A stretch of 64,000 nt of DNA from Myxococcota bacterium (GTDB lineage Bacteria > Myxococcota_A > UBA796 > CAJQPC01), in assembly GCA_036012755.1 (NCBI GenBank), contig DASCPX010000134.1:1-64000 (forward strand), in the 5' to 3' direction. A model generated the notes under the pieces. The model was not told the DNA's origin and did not search any database. It saw only the letters and a list, made by a program, of their open reading frames with translations. The position numbers and the translations under genes are program-made. Positions 27,688-36,274 of this stretch are shown one piece after another; position 1 is the first letter of the stretch, and each line of letters opens with the position of its first letter.

Positions 27688-29159
27688 GGCGCCAACACGA
27701 GGTAGGCCGCACCCCTCTCGGCGTCATGGCCGTAGGCCCCGATGAGGAGGTCGTCTCTTCCGTCGCCGTCGATGTCCCCGGGCCCTGTCACGGAGGCCCC
27801 CGCGCGGTCGCCGTCGGTCTCGCTGTGGAAGAGCTGGTCGGCCTCGTCGAGCGAGTACGTGCCCGTGGGGCCGAGGCCCGCGGCGTACCACAGGTAGGCG
27901 GTGCCGCCCTGGTCGCCGGTGAAGAGCGCGCCGAAGATCAGGTCGTCGAGTCCATCGCCGTCGACATCGCCGGCAGAGTCGAGCGCGTCGCCGCTGTAGT
28001 CGTTGGGGGCCGAGCCGTCGAAGACCAGGTCCGCGGCGCTGATGTCGTAGGTGCCGGGCTCGGGCAGCGCCGCCCCGTAGAAGAGGTAGGTGTGGCCAGC
28101 GCTGCTCGCCGATCCGAAGGGGCCATGGGCTCCGACCAGGAAGTCGGCGAGTCCGTCCCCGTCGACATCGCCGGCGCCTGCGACCGCGCGGCCGAGCGAG
28201 GCCCGCTCCTCCATGCCGTCCCAGGAGTAGTCGAGGTCCGCGGCCGAACCGTCCGCCAGGCCCCCGAGCGAGAGGTAGGCGCGCCCCTGGTTGAGCTCGT
28301 CGCCGTTGTAGGTCCAGGCGCCAATCAGCACGTCCCCGAGCCCGTCGCCGTCGACGTCTCCGACCCCGGCGACGTCCATGCCCATGTTGTCCGCGACCGC
28401 CTCGCCGAGCGCGCAGGAGCTGGCCACGTCTCCGAGGGGGCCGCTCTGGAGCGCGGCGCCGCTGATCTGGCAGACACGTCCTCGCTGGTTGTCCCAACCC
28501 ATCGAGCCGACGAGGAGGTCGTCTTCGCCGTCCCCATCGAGGTCCTCGCCCCCGTCGATGGACCGACCGACGAACTCGAACTCCTCCTCGCCACGCACGA
28601 TGATGTCGGCCTCGGCCAGCGGATGGGAGCCGGGGGTGATGCTCGCGCCGAGCACGACATAGGCCGAGCCGGCCTGGTAGGCATCGCCGCTGTAGTACGA
28701 GCTGATGAAGAGGTCGGCGAGCCCGTCGCCGTCGATGTCTCCTGCCGGGGAGATGTCGCGCCCGGCGTGGTCGTCCTGGCCCTCGCCGTACCACTTGGAG
28801 GACACCTCCGCGATGTTCGTGGACAGCCCGCCCGAGATGTCCGTGGCTGTCACCAGGTAGACCTTGCCGGCGTCTTCATCCCCCTCGTCGTCGTAGCGAC
28901 CGGTCATCAGCAGATCGGGGCGTCCATCCCCGTCGACGTCACCGACCCCCGCCACGCGCCACCCGAACCAGTCCGCGGCGTTGAAGCCGGTGCCTTCCCT
29001 GCTCTCTCCCAGGAAGACGTGATCGGCGTCAGCGAGCTGCTCGGAGAAGACCGACTCTGCCGAGTCCGACACCGAGTCCGACACGCTGTCCACCGGGACG
29101 GACTCCGGCAGGCTGCGCGGCGGCTGGTCGGGGGCAGGGCACGCGAGGAGCAGAAGCAC
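27684..29159 (-). CDS. FG-GAP/integrin-alpha repeat lipoprotein
   Basis: MLLLLAC; seven GDxDGDGxxDLxxGA-type repeats. Confidence 0.9.
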   Translation of the reverse strand: MLLLLACPAPDQPPRSLPESVPVDSVSDSVSDSAESVFSEQLADADHVFLGESREGTGFNAADWFGWRVAGVGDVDGDGRPDLLMTGRYDDEGDEDAGKVYLVTATDISGGLSTNIAEVSSKWYGEGQDDHAGRDISPAGDIDGDGLADLFISSYYSGDAYQAGSAYVVLGASITPGSHPLAEADIIVRGEEEFEFVGRSIDGGEDLDGDGEDDLLVGSMGWDNQRGRVCQISGAALQSGPLGDVASSCALGEAVADNMGMDVAGVGDVDGDGLGDVLIGAWTYNGDELNQGRAYLSLGGLADGSAADLDYSWDGMEERASLGRAVAGAGDVDGDGLADFLVGAHGPFGSASSAGHTYLFYGAALPEPGTYDISAADLVFDGSAPNDYSGDALDSAGDVDGDGLDDLIFGALFTGDQGGTAYLWYAAGLGPTGTYSLDEADQLFHSETDGDRAGASVTGPGDIDGDGRDDLLIGAYGHDAERGAAYLVLAP

Positions 29160-29167
29160 GAGACAGC

Positions 29168-30316
29168 CTAGCGGCCGGCGAGGGCGTCGTCGACCACCGG
29201 CGCGAGCACTTCTGCCACCGCGCGGTGCCCGCCGACGCTGTAGTGGACGACGTCTATGTAGTGCTCAGGTGGTTCGAGGCCCCCGCCCTCGGCCCGCAGC
29301 GCCGCGTTGACGTCGGCCAGCGCGACCCCTTCGTCCTCTGCCACGGTCCTGATGATCTCTACGGTGGCGCGGTCCGCGCGGAGCGGCAGCGGGTCGGTGT
29401 CCCTCAGCTCGTCCAGGATCTCTGCGTCGGCGTCGAGGACCGCTTCGAGCCAGGCGATGTCCCGGCAGTCCTTGTCTTCGGCCGAGAGCGCGTCCTGATC
29501 GACCCCCGAGAAGTCCCAGTCGGGGGACCTGCCACTGAGCCCCAGCCGCCGGAGCGCCGCCGGACACTCCCACTCGGTCGTCGGCTGCCAGGGGTTCGAG
29601 GCCACCGTCGCCAGCACGACCTCTGCGCCGGTCTCCTTTGCCACGCGCACGATGCGGCGGAGTCGCTCCTCGAAGTGTCTCCGGACCTGCTCACGCCGTT
29701 CGGCGTCGACCGTCCAGAGACCCTGCGCCTCGGGGGTCGGGATCGGGAACTCGTTCGGCGCGAGGAGCACCTCGAGCCACTGAAAGAGAGCGAGGTTCCC
29801 GAGGGTCCCGCGCGCCTTGTGCGTCAGGACCGAGCGGAGGTCCCCGTAGCGATGGAAGAACACGGCGTTGCCGAGGTCGTTGTGCCCCGTGTAGAGCACG
29901 ATGACGTCTGGCTGGAGCACCCCAGCGGCCTCCACGATGCCGACGAGGTGACCGGTGTCCAGGCCTGGCCCGCCGAGGTTGCGGACCTCGACCCCGAGCA
30001 GCTCGGCGAGCACCCCCGGCATCTCCTGGTCCAGCCGCAGGCGCTCGGTGCCACCCCCGTGGACGCTGCTGCCGCCGAACATCAACACGCGCGGCCCCGA
30101 CTTCTCCAGGGGGATCGGCGCCACGGGGAAGGGGCCCTGGTAGTTGGGGACGAGCGTGCCGTCGGACTCCGTGAAGGGAGCCCGGTTGCCGTCCGGCATC
30201 GTCACCACCAGCGTCGGCTCGGGTGGGTCGCCGGCCAGTCGGAGGACTCCCTCGATCGACAGGAGAAGGAGCGCAGCAGTGAGCAGGCCGAGCCCCAGCT
30301 TCCGTCGGGCCCTCAC
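29168..30316 (-). CDS. SGNH/GDSL hydrolase family protein, membrane anchored
   Basis: FGGSSVHG, NLGGPG, YTGHND, IDVVHYSVGGH. Confidence 0.8.
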   Translation of the reverse strand: MRARRKLGLGLLTAALLLLSIEGVLRLAGDPPEPTLVVTMPDGNRAPFTESDGTLVPNYQGPFPVAPIPLEKSGPRVLMFGGSSVHGGGTERLRLDQEMPGVLAELLGVEVRNLGGPGLDTGHLVGIVEAAGVLQPDVIVLYTGHNDLGNAVFFHRYGDLRSVLTHKARGTLGNLALFQWLEVLLAPNEFPIPTPEAQGLWTVDAERREQVRRHFEERLRRIVRVAKETGAEVVLATVASNPWQPTTEWECPAALRRLGLSGRSPDWDFSGVDQDALSAEDKDCRDIAWLEAVLDADAEILDELRDTDPLPLRADRATVEIIRTVAEDEGVALADVNAALRAEGGGLEPPEHYIDVVHYSVGGHRAVAEVLAPVVDDALAGR

Positions 30317-31122
30317 CCCCCGGGGTCCTCCGGGGGAGGCTCGGCGGGAGGCTCCCCTGGTGGCGCGAGATCAGACGGTGGCGCGTCCATCGGCGGCGCG
30401 ACCAGCGGATCGACCTGGGCGCCGTCCGGCGGTCCCAAGGCTTCCCCGGGAGGTCCACCAGGTCCTCCAGCTCCATCCGGTCCGCCAGGTGCTCCACCGG
30501 GTGCTCCGCCTGGTCCACCGGGTGCTCCGCCTTGTCCGCCAGGTGCCCCGCCTTGTCCGCCGGGTGCTCCACCGGGTGCTCCACCGGGTGCTCCACCGGG
30601 TGCTCCACCGGGTGCTCCACCGGGTGCTCCACCCTGAGCTCCGGTCGGTCCGCCTTGTCCGCCGAGCTGCTTCGCCAGTGTGCCGAACTCCGTGTCGTCG
30701 CTGATGTTCAGCTCGATGCCGTCTATGTCGTGCCCTCCGACGTCGAGGCCGCCTGGGACGACAGCGACCGGATCGGCGCCGATCGGCCCGGAGCCCGTCG
30801 TGTCGATGTAGGCGACGAGGTGCAGCGATCCGGTCTGCTCCGGCACGCGCACGCTGAAGGGGCCTGGCTCGCCGAGGGGGGCGGTGTGCACGAGGCGGAT
30901 GTTGCCGTCCTGGTCCGCGAGCAGGTCCATCCGCAGCTCGCCCTTCTGCTCGCTCTGGACCGTGACGGTGCCGGAGAGGGTGACGCCTTCGCCCTCCTGG
31001 AGGTCGAAGCGGACGTCCTCTCGGACATAGTCTTGTGTCGTCGTGCCGCCGCCCAGCTCAACGGTTCCCTGGGTGTCCGCAGGGAGGCAGGCGATCGATA
31101 GGAGCGAGAAGAGAGAGAGCAT
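30313..31122 (-). CDS. Hypothetical lipoprotein with Gly/Pro-rich GGAP tail
   Basis: MLSLFSLLSIAC; globular N-half followed by a low-complexity tail. Confidence 0.75.
   Translation of the reverse strand: MLSLFSLLSIACLPADTQGTVELGGGTTTQDYVREDVRFDLQEGEGVTLSGTVTVQSEQKGELRMDLLADQDGNIRLVHTAPLGEPGPFSVRVPEQTGSLHLVAYIDTTGSGPIGADPVAVVPGGLDVGGHDIDGIELNISDDTEFGTLAKQLGGQGGPTGAQGGAPGGAPGGAPGGAPGGAPGGAPGGQGGAPGGQGGAPGGPGGAPGGAPGGPDGAGGPGGPPGEALGPPDGAQVDPLVAPPMDAPPSDLAPPGEPPAEPPPEDPGG
30560..30631. repeat. 12-bp tandem repeat x6 (encodes GGAP)
   Basis: Six perfect copies of CCGGGTGCTCCA, flanked by degenerate copies. Confidence 0.9.
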
Positions 31123-31134
31123 GTGACCAATCTA

Positions 31135-32886
31135 TCAAGGTGCCGCTGCGGGCAACTCGACCTCTGCGAGCTTGCAGCGCATCCGTGATGGGATCGCCTG
31201 TGTCTCGGGAACCCACAGGGCCAGCGTGGAGGTGTCGACGATCGGGGTCCCCAGGGCTGCCGTCAGGAGCCACGAGAGCTGGACGTGGGCGTCGGGGAGC
31301 CGGTCCCGATGAAGCACGACCGCGGCGTAGCCCTGCTCGACGAGGCGGTTCTCGTCCCAGGCTCCGCACTCGCGGACCTCGTGGCCGAAGTCGCTGCGGT
31401 CCGGCGCCTCGCCCTCCTGCACCTGGACGACCACGCCGAGGGCCTGCTGCACGATCCAGCTCTGGCTCCGAGCGTCCTCGATCTCCTGGGACTCGGCGAT
31501 CGGGCGGCCGTGAGCCAGCTGCCACACCATGTAGAAGTCGTCGAGTGGGAGCTGGAGCACTGCTCCATCCGGGAGCTCGGCCAGGGCCTCCAACAGGTCC
31601 TCTGGCGGGTGCGGATCGAAGGAATCACCCTGGACGCCAGCGGGCCGCCGATCGGCTCCGTGGTCGATCGCGACGCCCATGAGCAGCAGGACGAAGAGCT
31701 GGTAGCGGAGCCGAGGGAGTCGCTCGAGGAGCTCCCTCAGCGCGATCCCGCCAGCCAGTGCGAGGGGGAAGCTGACCCAGATGCCCAGCCGGCACCAGCC
31801 CCAGATGAAGCGCAGCGGTGGAATGAGCCGCTCGACCCACCAGGCCGGGAGGCGCATCGGGTCGTCCAAGAGCTCACCGGGTTCCTGGGTCCAGACGAGG
31901 AAGGGCCCGAGGCTCAGCGCGAGCATCACCAGGGCGAGTACGTACCAGGGCCGCGCTCGGGGAGAGCGGACTGCCCCCACGGTCCCTGCGAGGAGGAGCA
32001 GGACGCCCGGGTAGGCTGCGAGGTCGGCGCCAGGCAAGCCCTGCACATTCCCGATGAAGGGAAGCAGCAGCTGTGGCGGCGTGCAGATGCCCATGTGGGC
32101 GCTCACCCGCTGCTCCTCTCCGAGGATCGGAGGAGGGTGGTCCAGCAAGGCAGCCAGGGCAGGCAGCACCGGGAGCACTGCCGCGATGGCGACCGCGGCC
32201 AGCACACCGAGTCGGCGGGGCCAGCTCCCAGAGCCCCCTCGGGCCAGCCACAGGGCGAGGGGTGGTTCGAACAGCAGGAGCCACGAGGCGAGGTACCAGC
32301 CGCCCAGCGCGACAGCGGCGAGCGTGAGGCCCGCGCCCAGTGCGTGCCACCACCGCCCGTCCTGATCCAGGGCGCGGCAGAGGAGGAAGAGGTGGAGCGG
32401 GAGACCCATGCCCGGGAGCATCTCTGTGCGGCCGAGGTAGGGCGTCGCGAGCAGATAGGGTGTGGTCGCGACCGCGAAGGCGACAAAGAGCGCCGGCAGG
32501 CCCGGCCCTGCGATCCGGCGACCGAGCAGCCAGCCTCCGAGACCTCCGATGACCGTCCACGCGACGTGGACGAGGTTGTAGCCGAGGATGGCCCCCTCCA
32601 CGCCTCCGACGACCCCCCAGGCGGGAAGGAAGAAGAGCAGGTTCACCGGGTCCATCAGGTGGCGCGTGTACCCGCTGGGGTGATCGAGCTCCAGGTGGGC
32701 GACGAAGGGGCCCCACTCGCCGATGTGCTCGGCGGTACCCCAGAGACCCCAGAAGTGGCGAGGCGCCTCTGAGCGGACCGCGCCTATCACCAGCCCGAAC
32801 GGGTCAGGGGCGATGGGGCGAAGCATGAGCAGCACCGCGGCCGCCAGCACCGCCAGCAGGAGCAGCCGCTCGACGCGCTCAGTCAA
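31135..32886 (-). CDS. Polytopic membrane protein, GT-C/YfhO-like
   Basis: SEAPRHFWGLW, LDHPSG, TPYL, LSLGP, WQLAHGRPI; many TM helices. Confidence 0.7.
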   Translation of the reverse strand: MTERVERLLLLAVLAAAVLLMLRPIAPDPFGLVIGAVRSEAPRHFWGLWGTAEHIGEWGPFVAHLELDHPSGYTRHLMDPVNLLFFLPAWGVVGGVEGAILGYNLVHVAWTVIGGLGGWLLGRRIAGPGLPALFVAFAVATTPYLLATPYLGRTEMLPGMGLPLHLFLLCRALDQDGRWWHALGAGLTLAAVALGGWYLASWLLLFEPPLALWLARGGSGSWPRRLGVLAAVAIAAVLPVLPALAALLDHPPPILGEEQRVSAHMGICTPPQLLLPFIGNVQGLPGADLAAYPGVLLLLAGTVGAVRSPRARPWYVLALVMLALSLGPFLVWTQEPGELLDDPMRLPAWWVERLIPPLRFIWGWCRLGIWVSFPLALAGGIALRELLERLPRLRYQLFVLLLMGVAIDHGADRRPAGVQGDSFDPHPPEDLLEALAELPDGAVLQLPLDDFYMVWQLAHGRPIAESQEIEDARSQSWIVQQALGVVVQVQEGEAPDRSDFGHEVRECGAWDENRLVEQGYAAVVLHRDRLPDAHVQLSWLLTAALGTPIVDTSTLALWVPETQAIPSRMRCKLAEVELPAAAP

Positions 32887-33376
32887 GGCGCAGCGCGTCG
32901 ACCTGTGCCTGGAGCTCTTCGGCGGCGACGCCGGCCGCCGCGAGGCGCTCCAGAGCTTCGTGCTCGGCCAGCAGGAACCGAGCCGCCTCGTTCACCGGTG
33001 GAGCCCCGGGATCGAGGGCCTCTGCCGTGCTCGCCAGCTCGTGACAGGTGGCGGCCAGCTCGCCCTCCGAGCCCTCGGCGGCCACCGACCACAGCCCGGC
33101 GGCCTCGCTCAGGTGGGTCCGCAGCTCCGAGGAGCCGTCGTCGATCTCGTCCTTCGGGGGTTCGAAGCGGGGAACGTCGATGGGGATCTCATCGACCACG
33201 CCCTCTTTCAGGGGCGGGAGGGCATCAGGACCTGGCGGTGGGAGCTCGCCGCTGGGCATGTCGTCCGGTGCGGGCCCGCCCTGTGGCTGGTCGTCGCCGG
33301 GCGAGAGGTAGAGCACGCCGTAGCCCACCGCGACTCCGGCGATGAAGGTGACCAAGGTCGTCGCGCGGGAAGCGAT
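32879..33376 (-). CDS. Hypothetical membrane-anchored protein (start uncertain: ATC 33376 or TTG 33355)
   Basis: Single TM segment, then Pro/acidic linker and helical domain; AGGAGG 5 nt before ATC. Confidence 0.6.
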   Translation of the reverse strand: MASRATTLVTFIAGVAVGYGVLYLSPGDDQPQGGPAPDDMPSGELPPPGPDALPPLKEGVVDEIPIDVPRFEPPKDEIDDGSSELRTHLSEAAGLWSVAAEGSEGELAATCHELASTAEALDPGAPPVNEAARFLLAEHEALERLAAAGVAAEELQAQVDALRLD

Positions 33377-33386
33377 CGCGCCCTCC

Positions 33387-35093
33387 TCAGAGCTGCGGGA
33401 CCTCCGCGACGCCGTCGAGGGCCCAGAGGACGACCATGGGTCCATCCCAGAAGGGCTCGCCGAGGTACGCGGTGGTCGCGTCTATGGCGCGGAGATCGTG
33501 CTCGATCTCGCGGTTGGGGTACATCATCACATAGTGGTAGCCGCCGGAGTCCTCCAGCGTCCACGGCTCGCGAGCTGGTCTGTAGGCCTCTTCGCCGTGC
33601 CAGATGCGCTGGAGGTCCACCCACAGCGGCACCTGGACCCGGCGCTGGTCGTAGCCCTCTGTGCGCACACCGCTCATCTGCCAGGCGACGCCGCCGTCGA
33701 TCGGCTGGCGGTGGTAGATCTGCCAGCCCAGCAGGGAGTTGGGGTGTGTGGCGAGGGGGGCCTGGAGGATCGGCCGCTCGCCCTCGAGCCGCGCCAGCGC
33801 GTGGAAGATCTCTGGCACCTGCGCTGGCGACTGCATCTGGTGTGGCGCCCTCAGACCGCCGCGGAGGATCAGGTTGGCCTCAGAGGCCTGCAGGAGCGCG
33901 AAGGCGCCGGCCACCCAGCGTGGACGTGGCAGCCTGGGGACCGCCCACGCCGCGACCATGGCCGCAGCGCCGTAGCTGACGGCCTGCCAGCGATAGGGCC
34001 ACCAGAACCGAGGCCAGCCCGGCAGATGGTTCAGCAAGGCCTGGGGCAGGCGGACGCCCATGCGGTCGCCCAGTCGCAGCGGCACCGAAGGAGCGGACAG
34101 GAGCTCCGGCCCCGCGGCCAGGAGCGCCGCGGCGAGCCCGAGGCCCGCGAGCCAGCGCACGGGGCCTTTGCCGCGCCAGGCCCCGAAGAGCAAGAGCGGA
34201 ACGACCACCACGGGCAGGCGGTTGCTGGGCTCGTGGAAGTTCTCGGACAGGGCGCCCAGGTAGGAGCCAGGGAAGGTGAAGGCGTGGCTCATCTGCAGCA
34301 TCAGCGGGTCCGCGTGGTCCTGCGCGACGCCCTCGTAGTGCTGCGGATTCTCGAGGTAGCCCTGGATGACGGGCACCATGAAGGGGGCTGACAGCAGCAC
34401 GCCTCCGACGCCGACCACGGCGAAGTCCAGGAACTTCGCCCGGGTCATCGTCCGTGTCACCCCGTGCCCGACGGCGAGCAGGATGGTGAGCACGCCCAGG
34501 AAGTAGCCGTAGAACCAGTAGATGGTGGCCGAGGCGGCCAGGCTCCCGATGCAGATGGCCCGGCCTCTCCAGCTCCCAGGCTCTCGCGCGAGCAGCACCA
34601 GCCCGCCGAGGTAGACCACCAGGGGTGCCCAGAGGGCCTGCTGGGGGCGCCCGAAGCTGCTCTCGCAGAAGGAGTAGGCGCTCGTCGCCCCGAACACCAG
34701 GCCGACCACGGCGCCGAGCCATGACCCCGAGACCACCCGGCCCGCCCAGGCGCAGGCCAGGCCGTTGAGCACGAGGATGCAGAACAGCATCACGTTCATC
34801 GCTTCGATCGGCTCGAACAGCAGCGCAACCGGCAGGAACAGGGCCTCGAGCGTGAAGCTCCAGAGCACCAGGCGTGTGTCCTGCCCCTCGGGCCAGTTCA
34901 GCTGGCTGCAGAAGAAGGGCGACTCCCCGGCGACGAGCGACTCGGCGACGACCGTGGGCCACCAGATGCCGACCGTGGTGTCCGGGTGGTCGATCGGCGC
35001 GCCGACGTGGGTCGCCGTCTGCAGGATGGCCGGGAAGGTGGCGAGCGCCGCGAGGGCGAGGGCCAGCACCGCCAGGGCGAGCCAGGTCTTCAC
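33387..35093 (-). CDS. Polytopic membrane protein, GT-C/YfhO-like
   Basis: HPDTTVGIWW, LNWPEG, SAYS, LAAGP, PYRW, WQIYHRQPI. Confidence 0.7.
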   Translation of the reverse strand: MKTWLALAVLALALAALATFPAILQTATHVGAPIDHPDTTVGIWWPTVVAESLVAGESPFFCSQLNWPEGQDTRLVLWSFTLEALFLPVALLFEPIEAMNVMLFCILVLNGLACAWAGRVVSGSWLGAVVGLVFGATSAYSFCESSFGRPQQALWAPLVVYLGGLVLLAREPGSWRGRAICIGSLAASATIYWFYGYFLGVLTILLAVGHGVTRTMTRAKFLDFAVVGVGGVLLSAPFMVPVIQGYLENPQHYEGVAQDHADPLMLQMSHAFTFPGSYLGALSENFHEPSNRLPVVVVPLLLFGAWRGKGPVRWLAGLGLAAALLAAGPELLSAPSVPLRLGDRMGVRLPQALLNHLPGWPRFWWPYRWQAVSYGAAAMVAAWAVPRLPRPRWVAGAFALLQASEANLILRGGLRAPHQMQSPAQVPEIFHALARLEGERPILQAPLATHPNSLLGWQIYHRQPIDGGVAWQMSGVRTEGYDQRRVQVPLWVDLQRIWHGEEAYRPAREPWTLEDSGGYHYVMMYPNREIEHDLRAIDATTAYLGEPFWDGPMVVLWALDGVAEVPQL

Positions 35094-35148
35094 GCGGAGA
35101 TCGTCTGCGAGGCCCTTCACCCTTGCACTCTGCTCTATCGTCCGAGGC

Positions 35149-36267
35149 ATGTCCTCGTCCGGAACAGGAAATCGGCGTCGCTGGCTGTTTCGCGGCCTGG
35201 GGATCTTCGCGGCGCCCCTGGTCGCCCTGTTGCTCGTCGAGGGGGGCGCTCGGGTCCTGGCCGCACCCGCCCAGGCCGAGCTGACCTTCAACGCGCCGGA
35301 CAACGCCCCCGACGGCCTCTACGTCAACAGCCACGAGCTCGGCCACCGACCGACGCCGGGCTTCGAGGGTGTCAGCATCTCCCCTGGCTACCGCGTCGAC
35401 GTGCGGGTCAACAGCCTCGGACTCCGAGGCCCCGAGCCCGGTCCCGACGAAGGTCTCGAGCGCTGGCTGGTGACGGGCGATTCCTTCACCTTCGCGGTGC
35501 AGGTGGACGAGGAACAGACCTTCACGGCCTTGTTGGCCGAGGGGCGCGAGACCTTCAACGGAGGCGCGGACGGCTACGGCACCTGGCAGGTGCTCCGCCA
35601 GTACCGCATGCTCGACGACGAGCTGGGGCTCGATGGCTTGCTCGTGGTGTTCTTCACCGGCAACGACCTCCACGACAACGAGCGGCGCTCCATGGTGCTG
35701 CACGACGCGGAGCGGAGGCCGGACGGGAGCCCGATGCCCAGCTTCCGCACCCCATGGTGGCGGCGGCTGTTGTCCCAACACTCCTACCTCCATGCCCGGT
35801 GGAAGGTGGTCCAGCGCACCCGCGCGCTCGAGAGCGGGCAGGGGCCCGATCGGCAGCGGTGGGCCCGGGAGCTGGCCATCTTCACCGAGAGCGGCCAGCG
35901 GGACCTGGACAACCTGCTGAAGACGACCCGACCCCTGCTGGCCGAGCTGTCGCGCGAGACCTCGGAGCGGGGCGACGAGCTGCTGGTCGCGGTGTCTCCG
36001 CCGGGCTTCGCGGTGGATCCGACCCGCACGGCCGCAGCGTTCTCGCTGGTCGGCCACGACCCGGAGACGGCGACCCCCCGGGCGCCGACCGACGCGGTGT
36101 TGGCGGAGCTCGATGCGCTGTCCGTGCCTTCCTGTGACCTCCATGCTCCGCTGGATACGGCCATCTCAGCGGGAACCCGGGCCTACTTCGACTTCGACGG
36201 TCACTGGACGCCAGAGGGGCACCGGATCGTCGCGGACGCGCTCGAAGCCTGTCTGCAAGGGCCCTGA
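35149..36267 (+). CDS. SGNH hydrolase, AlgX/AlgJ-like
   Basis: VNSLGLRG, TGDSFTF, GYGTWQ, TGNDLHDN, FDGHWTPEGH. Confidence 0.8.
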   Translation: MSSSGTGNRRRWLFRGLGIFAAPLVALLLVEGGARVLAAPAQAELTFNAPDNAPDGLYVNSHELGHRPTPGFEGVSISPGYRVDVRVNSLGLRGPEPGPDEGLERWLVTGDSFTFAVQVDEEQTFTALLAEGRETFNGGADGYGTWQVLRQYRMLDDELGLDGLLVVFFTGNDLHDNERRSMVLHDAERRPDGSPMPSFRTPWWRRLLSQHSYLHARWKVVQRTRALESGQGPDRQRWARELAIFTESGQRDLDNLLKTTRPLLAELSRETSERGDELLVAVSPPGFAVDPTRTAAAFSLVGHDPETATPRAPTDAVLAELDALSVPSCDLHAPLDTAISAGTRAYFDFDGHWTPEGHRIVADALEACLQGP

Positions 36268-36274
36268 ATCGGCA

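Noticed and set aside
30480..30640. CRISPR-like or non-coding repeat array
   Set aside because: Tandem 12-mers without spacers, in frame within a CDS; no cas genes in the window.
33880..36144. 754-aa minus-strand ORF
   Set aside because: Shadow of the SGNH gene plus an off-frame read of the GT-C-like gene; Arg/Gly/Pro-rich composition.
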